DNA of 51,496 nt from Obrimoposthia wandeli (lineage: Eukaryota): assembly GCA_977020255.1 (NCBI GenBank), contig CDROCS010006440.1, forward strand, positions 1-51,496. Reading direction: 5' to 3'. Positions 41,210-51,496 of this stretch are shown piece after piece. The notes under the pieces are model-generated. The model saw only the letters and a program-made list of their open reading frames with translations. It ran no database searches and was not told where the DNA came from. Within the stretch, counting starts at the first letter, position 1; each line of letters begins with the position of its first letter. Position numbers and translations under genes: made by a program.

Positions 41210-41754
41210 TAGTTACTCCCTTTAGTAAAAGGCATACCCATTTTCTCTAAAAGAGCGAATCCTGCCTTATCTGAATCAGCAGTTGTAACAACTGTGATAT
41301 TCATACCATGAATTTGCATGATTGAATCATAACCAATTTCTGGGAAAATTAGTTGCTCTTGAAGACCGAAGTTATAGTTACCACGACCATCAAAACCATT
41401 TCTTGGAACACCACGGAAATCTTTCACACGTGGAAGTGCGATAGATACTAGACGATCAAGAAAGTTATACATGTTTTCACCACGAAGTGTTACACGGATA
41501 CCAACTGGCATACCTTCACGAACTTTAAAACCAGCAACTGATTTCTTAGCGATTACTGTAGTTGCTTTTTGACCAGCAATTTTAGTAATTGTGTCTTCGA
41601 TGTTTTTGATAAGCTTGTTATCTTTCATTGCGAAACCAGCACCAACAGAGATGATAATTTTATCAACTTTTGGTGTTTGCATAGGATTTGTAATACCTAA
41701 ATCAGTTTGTAATTCAGATTTTAAACCTAAATATTTTTCTTTTAAACGAGCCAT
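41209..41754 (-). CDS. rplE: 50S ribosomal protein L5
   Basis: [22 protein letters not shown]. Confidence 0.99.
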   Translation of the reverse strand: MARLKEKYLGLKSELQTDLGITNPMQTPKVDKIIISVGAGFAMKDNKLIKNIEDTITKIAGQKATTVIAKKSVAGFKVREGMPVGIRVTLRGENMYNFLDRLVSIALPRVKDFRGVPRNGFDGRGNYNFGLQEQLIFPEIGYDSIMQIHGMNITVVTTADSDKAGFALLEKMGMPFTKGSN

Positions 41755-41758
41755 CTAA

Positions 41759-41989
41759 TTATGCCTCCACTTTGCGTACATTTGAAATATCTATAGGCAT
41801 TTCTTTATTGATATGTCCGCCTTTAGTATTATCTTCTGTTGGCTTGATAGCTTTCTTAGCAACTTTACAACCCTCAACTATTACCTTATTTTTCTTAGGT
41901 AATACTTCAAGTACAGTAGCTTTAGTTCCACGATCATCACCAGCGATAATTTCTACAGTATCGCCTTTTTTGAAATTAAATTTTGCCAT
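41759..41989 (-). CDS. rplX: 50S ribosomal protein L24
   Basis: KKGD.V.IIAG.D.G, E.PIDISNV. Confidence 0.98.
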   Translation of the reverse strand: MAKFNFKKGDTVEIIAGDDRGTKATVLEVLPKKNKVIVEGCKVAKKAIKPTEDNTKGGHINKEMPIDISNVRKVEA

Positions 41990-42357
41990 TAAACAACCTC
42001 CGGTGCAAGAGATACAATTTTCATGAATCCTGCGTAACGTACTTCACGACCAACAGGGCCGAAAATACGAGTACCAATAGGCTCTCTCTTGTCATCAAGT
42101 ATAACTGCTGCATTGTCATCAAAACGAATAAGAGAACCGTTTTCACGGTGAACCTCTTTAGCAGTTCTAACGATAACAGCTTTTACAACTTTACCTTTTT
42201 TAACTTTAGCAGTTGGAGTCGCTTTCTTAACAGAAGCAACGATAACGTCACCTACTGAAGCATAACGACGCTTAGAACCACCAAGTACCTTAATACACAT
42301 AATCTCTTTTGCACCTGTATTATCAGCTACAACTAAACGAGTAAAACCTTGGATCAT
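41989..42357 (-). CDS. rplN: 50S ribosomal protein L14
   Basis: ADNTGAK, FDDNAAV, SLAPEV. Confidence 0.99.
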   Translation of the reverse strand: MIQGFTRLVVADNTGAKEIMCIKVLGGSKRRYASVGDVIVASVKKATPTAKVKKGKVVKAVIVRTAKEVHRENGSLIRFDDNAAVILDDKREPIGTRIFGPVGREVRYAGFMKIVSLAPEVV

Positions 42358-42605
42358 TACTTAGCTCCTGATACTACTGTTTTAAGTCTAAAAGATTTAG
42401 TCTTAGAAAGTGGGCGACATTCGATTGCAATAATCTCATCACCAACTTTTACTTCATTACGCTCATCATGTACTAAGTACTTTTTGAAACGTTTTACAAC
42501 TTTGTGGTAACGAGGATGCATTACACGACGTTCAACAACTATAGAAACTGTTTTTTCGCCTGCAATTGTAACTACTTTACCTTGAATTTCACGCTTATGT
42601 GTCAT
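42357..42605 (-). CDS. rpsQ: 30S ribosomal protein S17 (ATG at 42605)
   Basis: [21 protein letters not shown]. Confidence 0.98.
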   Translation of the reverse strand: MTHKREIQGKVVTIAGEKTVSIVVERRVMHPRYHKVVKRFKKYLVHDERNEVKVGDEIIAIECRPLSKTKSFRLKTVVSGAK

Positions 42606-42615
42606 TATCAAGCCC

Positions 42616-42804
42616 CTAGTTTGCCACTGCAGTTAAAGCAGTGTTGATTTTAGCAATATCTTTTTTAGCAACACGTAGTTCACTAGTGTTATTCAATTGC
42701 ATCATCTTTTGTTTAATTTTCAAAGTAAACAGTTCTGTTTTCTTTTCTTTTAGCATAGCATTAAGCTCTACTGTGTTTTTATCTGCTAAATCAGAATATT
42801 TCAT
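42616..42804 (-). CDS. rpmC: 50S ribosomal protein L29
   Basis: [15 protein letters not shown]; position. Confidence 0.97.
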   Translation of the reverse strand: MKYSDLADKNTVELNAMLKEKKTELFTLKIKQKMMQLNNTSELRVAKKDIAKINTALTAVAN

Positions 42805-43216
42805 TGCTCATCTCCGCAGTAATAATTTTAGTTTTGAATGGTAACTTGTGCATCGCAAGAGTAAGCGCTTCACGAGCTATATCATGTGGAACACCAGCCA
42901 TTTCAAAAATGATACGACCAGGTTTGATATTCATTACCCACTGATCAACAGCACCCTTACCTTTACCCATACGAGTTTCAAGCGGTTTTGCAGTTAATGG
43001 CTTAGCAGGAAATACACGAATCCAAATCTTACCTTGACGTTTAATGTGACGAGTAGCTGAAATACGAGCTGCTTCAATCTGACGTGAGTTAATACGACCT
43101 GCTTCAACCGCTTTAAAAGCGATATCACCAAATGCTAATGTATAACCTGAACGAGCGTAACCACGGTTACGACCTTTCATTACTTTACGATATTTTGTTC
43201 TTTTTGGCATTAACAT
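42791..43216 (-). CDS. rplP: 50S ribosomal protein L16
   Basis: [18 protein letters not shown]. Confidence 0.99.
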   Translation of the reverse strand: MLMPKRTKYRKVMKGRNRGYARSGYTLAFGDIAFKAVEAGRINSRQIEAARISATRHIKRQGKIWIRVFPAKPLTAKPLETRMGKGKGAVDQWVMNIKPGRIIFEMAGVPHDIAREALTLAMHKLPFKTKIITAEMSNEIF

Positions 43217-43218
43217 AA

Positions 43219-43920
43219 TTAATCAGCCTTTCTCGGAGCACGCTTTCTAGGACGCTCGTTTTTCTCTTCTTTTACTTCTGCAGGGATACCTTTAGTAAGT
43301 ACCTCACCTTTAAAAATCCAAACTTTAACACCGATAATACCGTATGTAGTTTGAGCTTCTGCAAAACCATAATCAATTTTAGCACGAAGTGTATGTAAAG
43401 GAACACGTCCCTCTAAATACCACTCAGTACGAGCCATTTCAGCTCCACCAAGACGACCTGCAACTGCAATTTTGATACCTTTAGCGCCTGAACGTTGTGC
43501 ACCTTGCATAACTTTCTTCATAGCACGTCTAAAAGCAACACGACGCTCAAGTTGAGTAGCTACATTCTCAGCAACAAGTTGTGCTGAAGTTTGAGCTTTT
43601 TTCTCTTCTTTGATATTAACAGAAACTGTTTTACCAATTAACTTTTGAAGAGAAGTTTTAAGTTTTTCAATGTCCGCGCCTTTTTTACCAATAATGATAC
43701 CAGGGCGAGCAGCAACGATAGTTACACGAAGTCTCTTAATTGTTCTCTCAATGATGATGTTAGCAACACCAGCATAGTAAAGTTCTTTTTTCAAAAATGT
43801 ACGTATCTTGTGATCTTCACCTAAAGCTGCTGGTGCAGTTTTAAAATTAGGGAACCAACGGCTCTCCCAATTTCGGTTGATACCAAGACGTAAACCAATA
43901 GGATTAACTTTATGACCCAT
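43219..43920 (-). CDS. rpsC: 30S ribosomal protein S3
   Basis: [33 protein letters not shown]. Confidence 0.99.
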   Translation of the reverse strand: MGHKVNPIGLRLGINRNWESRWFPNFKTAPAALGEDHKIRTFLKKELYYAGVANIIIERTIKRLRVTIVAARPGIIIGKKGADIEKLKTSLQKLIGKTVSVNIKEEKKAQTSAQLVAENVATQLERRVAFRRAMKKVMQGAQRSGAKGIKIAVAGRLGGAEMARTEWYLEGRVPLHTLRAKIDYGFAEAQTTYGIIGVKVWIFKGEVLTKGIPAEVKEEKNERPRKRAPRKAD

Positions 43921-43921
43921 A

Positions 43922-44239
43922 TTATTTGCCCTCTACTTCTACTAAGATATGTGCAGTTGGTTTACGGATACCCGAAGCCATACCACGTGCTCTTGGACGG
44001 AATCTCTTAAGAACTGGACCGTTATCAACACGACATGATGTAACAGTACAATCTTCAGCTTCACTACCACTGTTAGCTACTGCAGATGCAAGAACCTTAG
44101 AAATAATTTTAGCTGCTTTGTTTGGTGTGAATTCTAAAGCTGCTAAAGCCTCTTCAGCATTCATACCTTGAATCTCTCTTGCAATAAGACGAGATTTAAT
44201 TGGTGAAACACGGATAAATTTTAATAATGCTCTAGCCAT
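43922..44239 (-). CDS. rplV: 50S ribosomal protein L22
   Basis: [14 protein letters not shown]. Confidence 0.99.
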   Translation of the reverse strand: MARALLKFIRVSPIKSRLIAREIQGMNAEEALAALEFTPNKAAKIISKVLASAVANSGSEAEDCTVTSCRVDNGPVLKRFRPRARGMASGIRKPTAHILVEVEGK

Positions 44240-44241
44240 GA

Positions 44242-44517
44242 TTACCCCTTCTTCTGAACTGAGCCCTTATGGCCCTTGAATGTACGAGTTGGTGCGAATT
44301 CACCAAGTTTATAACCAATATGGTTCTCTGAAATATGAACAGGAACGAATTGACGTCCGTTGTGTACATTTAATGTAAAACCAACCATTGTAGGTATAAC
44401 CATAGATCTTCTTGACCAAGTTTTTATAGGTTTTTTGTTGCCTTCAGCTCTAGCTGTTTCAACTTTTTTCATTAAATGGTCATCAACAAATGGACCTTTT
44501 TTTACTGAACGAGCCAT
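44242..44517 (-). CDS. rpsS: 30S ribosomal protein S19
   Basis: [24 protein letters not shown]. Confidence 0.99.
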   Translation of the reverse strand: MARSVKKGPFVDDHLMKKVETARAEGNKKPIKTWSRRSMVIPTMVGFTLNVHNGRQFVPVHISENHIGYKLGEFAPTRTFKGHKGSVQKKG

Positions 44518-45362
44518 TAGCCTACCCTTTTTGCATTTGGTTTACGGCGAGTAATAATTAGTTTATCACTAGCTTTCTTACGACGAGTTTTAGCACCCTT
44601 CGTTGGTTTACCCCATGGAGTAACTGGATGACGACCTGAGTTCGTTTTACCTTCACCACCACCATGCGGGTGATCAATTGGATTCATTGCTGAACCACGA
44701 GTTTGAGGACGAATTCCAAGATGTCTTTGACGACCAGCTTTAGCGATAACAATGTTACCAAACTCTTCATTACCAACTGAACCGATAGTAGCTAGACATT
44801 CGCCTAATACTAAACGCATTTCAGATGAAGGCATACGAAGTGAAACATACTTGCCATCACGACCCATAATTTGAGCAGAAGTTCCAGCAGCACGACACAT
44901 TTGTCCACCCTTACCAGTTTTAAGCTCGATATTATGAATTAATGTACCAACTGGGATATTTTTTAATTTCATTGTGTTACCAGGTTTAATATCTAAACCA
45001 GAATCAGCAGAAGAAATTGTATCACCAACTACTAGGCCTTTTGGTTGAAGAATATATTTCTTTTCACCATCAGCATAAGTAACAAGCGCAATACGACAGT
45101 TACGGTATGGATCATATTCAATAGCACTTACTGTAGCTGGAATATCGAATTTATTTCTTTTGAAATCAACGATACGGTAAAGCTTCTTAGCACCTGCTTG
45201 TCTATGACGAGATGTAATACGACCATTGTTGTTACGACCAGCGTGAGCAGGTAATTTAACTAGTAATGAACGTACACTTGCTTTTGCAGTAATGTCAGAC
45301 GAATCAACATTAGTATAAAAACGACGAGACGGAGTTAACGGTCTATAAGTTTTAATTGCCAT
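44517..45362 (-). CDS. rplB: 50S ribosomal protein L2
   Basis: [19 protein letters not shown]. Confidence 0.99.
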   Translation of the reverse strand: MAIKTYRPLTPSRRFYTNVDSSDITAKASVRSLLVKLPAHAGRNNNGRITSRHRQAGAKKLYRIVDFKRNKFDIPATVSAIEYDPYRNCRIALVTYADGEKKYILQPKGLVVGDTISSADSGLDIKPGNTMKLKNIPVGTLIHNIELKTGKGGQMCRAAGTSAQIMGRDGKYVSLRMPSSEMRLVLGECLATIGSVGNEEFGNIVIAKAGRQRHLGIRPQTRGSAMNPIDHPHGGGEGKTNSGRHPVTPWGKPTKGAKTRRKKASDKLIITRRKPNAKRVG

Positions 45363-45363
45363 G

Positions 45364-45645
45364 TTATACCGCCAAACTTTCTATTTGTGCACCCTCTGGT
45401 AACTTAACATAAAACTTTTTGAAGTCATTTTGTTTACCAGCAACACCACGAAAACGTTTAACTTTTCCGCTTTGATTAAGTGAGTTAATGTTTAATGGAA
45501 CGATTCCAAAATACTCACGAAATACCTCTTTAAGACCTGTTTTAGTCATACGTGTAGAAGTTTGTACAACGATAACGTTGTCTTCTTGCATTCCTAAAGT
45601 CTTCTCTGTATATAGTATAGATTTAATATCTGTAATATCTGCCAT
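45364..45645 (-). CDS. rplW: 50S ribosomal protein L23
   Basis: TEKT, GK.KRF.G, KKFYVKL. Confidence 0.98.
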   Translation of the reverse strand: MADITDIKSILYTEKTLGMQEDNVIVVQTSTRMTKTGLKEVFREYFGIVPLNINSLNQSGKVKRFRGVAGKQNDFKKFYVKLPEGAQIESLAV

Positions 45646-46259
45646 TATTTAGCCTCACCTACAAGATTTTCCCATACCGCTTTTTCGATCACTATAGAGC
45701 GATAGTTAGCAGCTAAATAAGCATTTAATTCATTTGATTCAACTACGTAAGTACTTGAAAGATTCTCAAACGCTAAAAAAGTATTTTCATCTAAAAGAGA
45801 TTTTACTATTAGTACATCTCTTTGATTTAGTGCTTTAAACATTGCAGCAGCATCTTTAGTCTTACCAGATGCGATTTCAATGTTATCAACGATGAAAAGA
45901 CTACCGTTTTTTGCATGCTCATTAAGAGCAAAGTTAAGAGCAAGTTTCTTTTGCTTCTTATTTACTTTAAGGTCATAATTACGATTGTTCTTAGAACCGA
46001 ATGCTTTACCACCACCCACAAAGATTGGAGAACGACGTGAACCAGCACGAGCGCGACCGCCACCTTTTTGAGCCCATGGTTTCTTACCACCACCTCTAAC
46101 TTCACTTCTACCTTTTGTAGTAGCAGTGTTTGCACGTTGTGCAGCTTGCGCTGACTTAACATACAGGTATAAGTTATGAGGGTTAATACCAGAAAAACTC
46201 TCTGGTAATGCTAACTCAGATGCTTTTTCCATTTTTTCATTTAAAACGATTGCGCTCAT
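45645..46259 (-). CDS. rplD: 50S ribosomal protein L4
   Basis: [23 protein letters not shown]. Confidence 0.99.
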   Translation of the reverse strand: MSAIVLNEKMEKASELALPESFSGINPHNLYLYVKSAQAAQRANTATTKGRSEVRGGGKKPWAQKGGGRARAGSRRSPIFVGGGKAFGSKNNRNYDLKVNKKQKKLALNFALNEHAKNGSLFIVDNIEIASGKTKDAAAMFKALNQRDVLIVKSLLDENTFLAFENLSSTYVVESNELNAYLAANYRSIVIEKAVWENLVGEAK

Positions 46260-46834
46260 TATTTAGCTACCTTTACACGACCTAATGCGCCATTAGCTCC
46301 AGAAACTGAACCTGACACCGCAATGATGTTGTTTTCAGCGTCAAAAGAAACGATTGCATTCTTAACACTATTTTGTACATTCCCGTATTGTCCAGGCATT
46401 TTCTTACCCTTCATAACGCGACCTGGCCACTCAGCCATACCGATTGAACCTGTTCTACGACCCATTCTATGACCGTGAGATGCAGGACCACCACCGAAAT
46501 TCCAACGTTTCATTGCTCCAGCAAAACCGCGACCCTTAGTAGTAAAAGAAGATCTTCCAACTTTAGCTTCTACTAAAGGTGTTAAATCTAAATCTCCAGC
46601 TTCAGTGTTAGCAACTTGCATAGTCGCTAAACGATTAAACTCAGATGAAAGGCTATACTTCTTTTGCTGACCTTCAATTGACTTATTCATTTTTTTACCG
46701 CTATTGTAAGCTACAATTGCAGTGCCTTCGTTAACTTCACATACCTTAGTTTCTAATACTCTTAAAAGAGTAACAGCCTGACTTGGCACTGTGATTGTTC
46801 GGCTCATACCGATTTTTTCAACAATATATTCCAC
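46259..46834 (-). CDS. rplC: 50S ribosomal protein L3
   Basis: [26 protein letters not shown]. Confidence 0.99.
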   Translation of the reverse strand: MEYIVEKIGMSRTITVPSQAVTLLRVLETKVCEVNEGTAIVAYNSGKKMNKSIEGQQKKYSLSSEFNRLATMQVANTEAGDLDLTPLVEAKVGRSSFTTKGRGFAGAMKRWNFGGGPASHGHRMGRRTGSIGMAEWPGRVMKGKKMPGQYGNVQNSVKNAIVSFDAENNIIAVSGSVSGANGALGRVKVAK

Positions 46835-46842
46835 GACTACTC

Positions 46843-47154
46843 CTACTTATCCATAGAGCGAACTTCAACGTCCACTTCCGGTGCAAGATCAAGCTTCATT
46901 AGAGAGTCTACTGTTTCTGGCGTAGCAGAAACGATGTCGATAACTCTAGCGTGCATACGGATCTCAAATTGCTCACGAGCTTTTTTGTTAACGTGAACTG
47001 ATTTCAATACTGTATATTTACGAATCTTTGTTGGTAAAGGGATCGGGCCACGAATTACGGCACCTGTACGCTTTACAGCCTCAACTATTGATGCTACTGA
47101 TCTATCTAATACACGATGATCGTAAGCTTTCAATTTTAAACGAATTTTTTCCAT
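46843..47154 (-). CDS. rpsJ: 30S ribosomal protein S10
   Basis: [23 protein letters not shown]. Confidence 0.99.
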   Translation of the reverse strand: MEKIRLKLKAYDHRVLDRSVASIVEAVKRTGAVIRGPIPLPTKIRKYTVLKSVHVNKKAREQFEIRMHARVIDIVSATPETVDSLMKLDLAPEVDVEVRSMDK

Positions 47155-47220
47155 GTTTTTCCTTCTAAAGAACTCGTTAGATTTAACTAACTATTTGCCT
47201 AACTATTTTAAGGGTTCGGA

Positions 47221-47231
47221 ATTGTACCCAA
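47221..47231 (-). promoter_or_regulatory. S10 operon promoter -10 region (TTGGGTACAAT)
   Basis: Identical to the alpha-operon promoter 11-mer; about 66 nt upstream of rpsJ. Confidence 0.7.
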
Positions 47232-47306
47232 ACGGAAGCTTATATTCAAGGATTTAGGGGGTAAAAAGAGAAATAACTAAAAATTTACTTCCTTTAAGAA
47301 AGGAAA

Positions 47307-47315
47307 TGATAAAAT
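47307..47315 (+). promoter_or_regulatory. Extended -10 TGATAAAAT, 6 nt before the ATG (leaderless arrangement)
   Basis: Nearest AAGGA is upstream of the -10 and too far from the ATG to be an SD. Confidence 0.6.
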
Positions 47316-47321
47316 ATCTTT

Positions 47322-48386
47322 ATGGAAATATTACTACAAGAACTATATAAAACTGATATTTATATGGATAAATTTCATTTTCGAAAAGTATATTTAGAAG
47401 ATTTTAGTTATCAAATCAATGGAATTTCTCAAAGTGGCAAATCTAAACTGGTAAAAAATTATCTTCTAGGTCTTAAAAAGAGCACTTACCTATATATAAA
47501 TTGTGATGATGTTAGACTTGATATAGAAGAGTTGAATAATAATCTTGCTAGATTTTGTAATCATAATAAGATTGATACTTTGGTATTAGATAATTACAAA
47601 CAAGATATAAAAATAGTAAATGTGTCTCAACTCATTATATGTTGTGAGAATAATATAGAAATGGATTATCTAAAAACTATTCAACTATATCCTCTCGATT
47701 ATGAAGAGTTTTTAGCTTATGAGCATAAGTATGACTCAACAGCACTGAATCACTTTTTTCAACTAGGTGCTTTCCCATCTATGCATAAGGTGCAGAGTGA
47801 TGAAAGAAATATATATATTCAAAAGACTCTAAAGTACGCTTTAGAGACTATGGAGTTTGACATACTTATATTTTGTGCGAAGATGATGGCTCAAAAAGTT
47901 TCTCCCTATTCTATATATGAACGACTCAAACAAACAACGAAGATATCTAAAGACAAACTATATAAGTCATATGAGAGTCTTTGTAATAAAAACTATATAC
48001 ACCTTTTAGAGAAAAATAATCACCCTAAGGCTACTAAGAAAATTTATCTTTGCGATATATCTTTAAAGTCAGCACTAAGCCTTGACAAAAACTTTGGTAG
48101 GTTATTTGAAAATATGGTTTATCTTGAACTTTTAAAGTCAGGTATAGAGTGTTTTTACGATGATGGAATAGACTTTTACATCCCAGAGAATGATGAAGTA
48201 ATCTTATGTACTCCATTTGCAGATGAGAGAATACTATTTAAAAAGATGCAAGTAATAGAAGCATTTATCTTTGGTTACGGTATAAAAAAGGTTACTGCGA
48301 TAACAATGAATAATGAAGGTAGTGTAAGTCATCCATTTTCAAAGGTTGAGATGCTACCATTCGATATATGGGCAATAGGGGATTAG
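47322..48386 (+). CDS. AAA+ ATP-binding protein with a DUF4143-like C-terminus
   Basis: GISQSGKS, LYINCDD.R, YPLDYEEF, KKIYL.D, GRLFENMV..EL, IDFY. Confidence 0.85.
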   Translation: MEILLQELYKTDIYMDKFHFRKVYLEDFSYQINGISQSGKSKLVKNYLLGLKKSTYLYINCDDVRLDIEELNNNLARFCNHNKIDTLVLDNYKQDIKIVNVSQLIICCENNIEMDYLKTIQLYPLDYEEFLAYEHKYDSTALNHFFQLGAFPSMHKVQSDERNIYIQKTLKYALETMEFDILIFCAKMMAQKVSPYSIYERLKQTTKISKDKLYKSYESLCNKNYIHLLEKNNHPKATKKIYLCDISLKSALSLDKNFGRLFENMVYLELLKSGIECFYDDGIDFYIPENDEVILCTPFADERILFKKMQVIEAFIFGYGIKKVTAITMNNEGSVSHPFSKVEMLPFDIWAIGD

Positions 48387-48941
48387 ATGTTAAAAAAATT
48401 ATGTGGAATAGATGAAGCTGGTCGTGGACCAATTGCTGGAGATATGGTTATAGCTGGGTGCATATTGAATTCTCATATAGAAGGTCTGAATGATTCTAAA
48501 AAACTTAGTGAGAAAAAAAGAGAAGCTCTTTATGAGTTAATCATCAAAGACTCTGTTTATCATATAGTAAAAGTATCTCCGCAGGCCATAGATGCAGACG
48601 GTATATCACTTTGCATGAAACGTGCTCTAGAAGAGATTATAGAAAACTTAGAATGTGAAGAGTATCTATTTGATGGTAACTCAAATTTTGGAGTAACCGG
48701 TCTTCCTACTATGATAAAAGCAGATGGGAAAGTTGCGGAGGTTAGCGCTGCATCTATACTTGCAAAAGTCACACATGACAGAGATATTATTAAAGAGGCG
48801 AAAAAGTATCCTGAGTATCAGTTTGAAAAACATAAGGGATATGGAACTGCTCTGCATGTTGAGATGATTAAAAAACATGGATATTGCGATATTCATAGAA
48901 GAAGTTATAAACTTAAAGCTCTTGAAGCGACTCTATTTTAG
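48387..48941 (+). CDS. rnhB: Ribonuclease HII
   Basis: GIDEAGRGP.AG, LNDSKKL, IKADG, AASILAKV..D, KGYGT..H. Confidence 0.97.
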   Translation: MLKKLCGIDEAGRGPIAGDMVIAGCILNSHIEGLNDSKKLSEKKREALYELIIKDSVYHIVKVSPQAIDADGISLCMKRALEEIIENLECEEYLFDGNSNFGVTGLPTMIKADGKVAEVSAASILAKVTHDRDIIKEAKKYPEYQFEKHKGYGTALHVEMIKKHGYCDIHRRSYKLKALEATLF

Positions 48942-48956
48942 AGTCTGTTTTGTTTT

Positions 48957-49508
48957 CTACTTAGATGTAGTTGCGTTTAAAGCAAGTATTGCCATATTTT
49001 GCATATGAATCGTAATATCTTTTTTAGCTGTTATAGCTTTTTTAAGCTCATCTAAAAAGTACTCTTTAGTTCTCTCATCAGCCATATTGAAAATATGAAG
49101 TACCCACTCAGTGTTTAGTTTGATATCTTCTTCTTGTTTAGTTACTTCAAATACTTTATATAGATTGATATCTGTCTTTTGCAGAAGTTTTAAAACTTTA
49201 TTGTAAAAAGGCGGTACATCATAACTGATAAGAGATGCTAAATCATCTTTTGGAATACTTGCATCTGTATCGAACAAGCCATCCTTTCCAACAATAAGAG
49301 CATTACCAATTACAAGTTGTTCACTTACAAAAAATGGTTTCATTTTTTTTGATATTGCATTTGCATCACTATGAATAGTATGCGTATCGAGTATCGACAG
49401 CTCATCTGTTAAGATAGAGTCAAAAAAGGTATACACAGTATTAGCGTGCATCTCTATATCTATCTCTTTTAATTCTTGTTTTGTTGAGTCAATCGAATAT
49501 GCTTTCAT
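48957..49508 (-). CDS. Hypothetical protein in the Moco operon
   Basis: 183-aa ORF starting directly after the reconstructed moeA stop. Confidence 0.75.
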   Translation of the reverse strand: MKAYSIDSTKQELKEIDIEMHANTVYTFFDSILTDELSILDTHTIHSDANAISKKMKPFFVSEQLVIGNALIVGKDGLFDTDASIPKDDLASLISYDVPPFYNKVLKLLQKTDINLYKVFEVTKQEEDIKLNTEWVLHIFNMADERTKEYFLDELKKAITAKKDITIHMQNMAILALNATTSK

Positions 49509-50728
49509 CTAAAAATTCTCCAATAAAATTATATTTACAAAAGTGCCTTCTTCGAGATCACCATCATCTTCACCTGTAACCATTAAAGCACTAGAGTTTA
49601 ACATATTAGTAAGGATTGCCAGAACTTCCCTACTTTTTTGTCTTTAAAGTTTACAAAATGCTCACCATCAACAATTTCAACATTACATGCAGTAAATTCT
49701 GTCAAACGACTTCTTTTTGTAAATCTCTCACTTAGTTTTGCTTCTACTCTTTTATATGGCTCACTTTTGCCTAGCATCTTAGACACAAGAGGTAATCCAT
49801 AAAGAATAGAAACAACAGTTGAAGAGTATGCAAAACCAGGTAGAGCTAAGATAAACTTACCTGCTCTTTGTGCAACCATAATATGTTTTCCAGGCTTAAT
49901 TGCTACACCCTTGTAAACAATTTGGGCACCAAGACGTGGAACTATATCTTTAACAAAATCATAATCACCAACTGCTACACCACCAGTACTAATAAGAATA
50001 TCTGCAGATGCAAGAGCATTTTCAAAAGTCTGCATGATTTCATCTTTATCATCAGGAGCAGTTCCAAGTTGTATAGTCTCAGCACCAGCTTGCTCAAACA
50101 AAGCACATAAAGTATAGTTATTTGAACTTCTTATTTGTGCTGGATTATCACTTTGTTCACCAAGATCTAAAATCTCACTACCAGTAGAGATAACAGCAAC
50201 TCTAGGTTTAAGAGCAACTTTTACCATTACCTTGTTAAGACCAGCCATTACACCAATCTCAGCAAAACCAATTTTTGTACCTTTTTTTATCAGTACATCT
50301 CCAGATTTATAACCTTCGCCAACAGGACGAATAGAAGAGCCAAAATTTACTTTTTCATCTATATATATTTTATCGCTATTTTCGCTCACACTTACATTTT
50401 CTATTTGGATAAGAGTATCAGCACCTTCAGGCATCATAGAGCCTGTAAAAGTTTTAATACACTCTCCATCTTCTAGAACTCTTCGCTCATCATTTCCAGC
50501 AGGGTTATCTCCAAGTATAGAGATACTATCACTATCTAAGTTAGCATGTTTTACAGCATAACCATCCATAGATGCAGTTGGGAACTGAGGGTCGTTATAC
50601 TCAGCAATAATATCTTGAGCTAATATTCTACCAATAGTAGAACTTAGTGGAAGGTTCTCACTTCTAAAGCTTCCAGTATCTAAGAGGTCTAACATATTTT
50701 GACTTGTCTCATATGATAATAGTTTCAT
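49509..50728 (-). CDS. moeA: Molybdopterin molybdenumtransferase; frameshift near 49620
   Basis: SMDGYA, TGS.MP.GAD, STG.E, STGGV.VGD.D, IKPGK, LPG; corrected tail SSAILTNML...LLENF*. Confidence 0.95.
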
Positions 50729-51162
50729 GATAATAATCCACTCCCTTTAATTGCAGTTGATCTATCAAGTGCATAAACTCTCTGTCCATCTTTGAGATCG
50801 TACTTCCAGATAGGTGCAGAAGCTTTAAAGTCTTCAACAAACTCATCTATAAACTCTAATGCAACTCTTCTTTTTGGAGAAAAAACTGCAGCTATATATG
50901 ATGATTCATGAAGCATTACATCTCCACGAGAGTGTGCCATTTTTATTACTGCGCCCTTCTCTTTTGCCTTATCTTGCCAGTCATTAAACCACTTATTTAA
51001 AATAGGTTCATAAATATCAAAACTAAGACCATCTATATCATCTTCACTTCTTACAGTTCCAACAAAAGGGATATAAGCACCATAGTTACTATTTGCTTCT
51101 GATTCATACCAATCTTTTAAAATATTTGGTACATCTAAAGAGCCATCATAAAGATATAGCAT
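50725..51162 (-). CDS. moaE: Molybdopterin synthase large subunit
   Basis: GA...FVG.VR, HS.G, S..RR, FK..APIWK. Confidence 0.95.
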   Translation of the reverse strand: MLYLYDGSLDVPNILKDWYESEANSNYGAYIPFVGTVRSEDDIDGLSFDIYEPILNKWFNDWQDKAKEKGAVIKMAHSRGDVMLHESSYIAAVFSPKRRVALEFIDEFVEDFKASAPIWKYDLKDGQRVYALDRSTAIKGSGLLS

Positions 51163-51165
51163 CTA

Positions 51166-51387
51166 TCAGCCTCCGCAAACAGGAGGAAGAAGTGCTACTT
51201 TATCACCATCTTTTAAAGCAAAGTCTCTACTGCTTACAAGTGTGTCATTTACTGCAACTGCTGAATTTTCTAACCACTCTTTCATCTGAGGATCATCTTG
51301 CAGTATTGTTGCTAACTCGTTTAAATTTGTAATATCTAACTCTAAAGGCTCTTTTTGTATAGGCCCTAAAAATTCTACTTTAACCAT
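51166..51387 (-). CDS. moaD: Molybdopterin synthase sulfur carrier
   Basis: VAVN, DGD.VALLPPVCGG C-terminus. Confidence 0.96.
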   Translation of the reverse strand: MVKVEFLGPIQKEPLELDITNLNELATILQDDPQMKEWLENSAVAVNDTLVSSRDFALKDGDKVALLPPVCGG

Positions 51388-51420
51388 ATTGTAGACTCCA
51401 AAACTATATTTATTTAAGCG

Positions 51421-51429
51421 ATTATATCA
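51421..51429 (-). promoter_or_regulatory. Extended -10 TGATATAAT for moaD-moaE-moeA
   Basis: Consensus match about 34 nt upstream of the moaD ATG. Confidence 0.65.
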
Positions 51430-51479
51430 AAGATAAGTTAAGTGATGTATAATTCAATCAATTTATTTCGGAGTTAGAT

Positions 51480-51496
51480 TTGGTTTTTGGAAAAAT
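51480..51496 (+). CDS. Start of a gene running off the window (TTG, MVFGK...); resembles the MqnA-family N-terminus
   Basis: TATAAT at 51448-51453, GGAG SD, TTG GTT TTT GGA AAA; only 5 codons visible. Confidence 0.35.

Noticed and set aside
36519-47154. Visibly higher GC in the ribosomal block as a sign of horizontal transfer
   Set aside because: Expected from the amino-acid and codon bias of highly expressed conserved genes.
699-51332. Short ORF-track entries antisense to, or out of frame within, well-identified genes (for example 699-911, 4540-4818, 13142-13519, 27559-28017, 41772-42026, 43926-44171)
   Set aside because: These are shadow ORFs with no recognisable motifs or SD, fully overlapping confident CDSs.
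1-51496. CRISPR arrays, tRNA or rRNA genes, IS elements, integrases, prophage genes
   Set aside because: I saw no regularly spaced repeats, cloverleaf motifs, rRNA-like stretches or transposase/integrase motifs. This was a by-eye reading, so a short degenerate element could be missed.

Overview
AT-rich chromosomal window from a Campylobacterota bacterium, most likely Sulfurimonas-like (inferred from protein sequences, gene order and TGnTATAAT-type promoters). It carries the S10-spc ribosomal block (rpsJ to secY-map-infA, 36.5-47.2 kb, minus strand) and the alpha block (rpmJ-rpsM-rpsK-rpsD-rpoA-rplQ, 9.3-12.2 kb, minus strand). These two blocks are separated by about 24.3 kb of accessory genes: two REC-REC-GGDEF paralogues, an SplB-like radical SAM enzyme, peptidoglycan hydrolases, an ars operon, tandem outer-membrane barrels, an orphan TRAP binding protein, cvfB, a stand-alone trpB, MarR-GNAT, an MFS, an alkylation-repair pair, an Mla/MCE-like operon, chorismate mutase and a tandem rhodanese. 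The flanks hold ybaB-panD-ferredoxin, an MCP, an OMP/ACP-acyltransferase/GDPD cluster, murE-nfuA, an aldo-keto reductase, an ATPase-rnhB pair and moaD-moaE-moeA. At least 15 genes, including essential secY, are split by small indels, often at homopolymers. This points to long-read sequencing error rather than real pseudogenes, so split genes are reported with hand-reconstructed spans. I saw no rRNA, tRNA, CRISPR array, integrase or IS element. The best novelty candidates are a ~210-nt structured leader upstream of rpmJ, an Mla-like operon whose ABC subunit is a degenerate pseudo-ATPase, a cysteine-free exported tandem rhodanese, an apparently leaderless SplB-like enzyme lacking the H-donor Cys, and a possible small RNA with anti-SD motifs.
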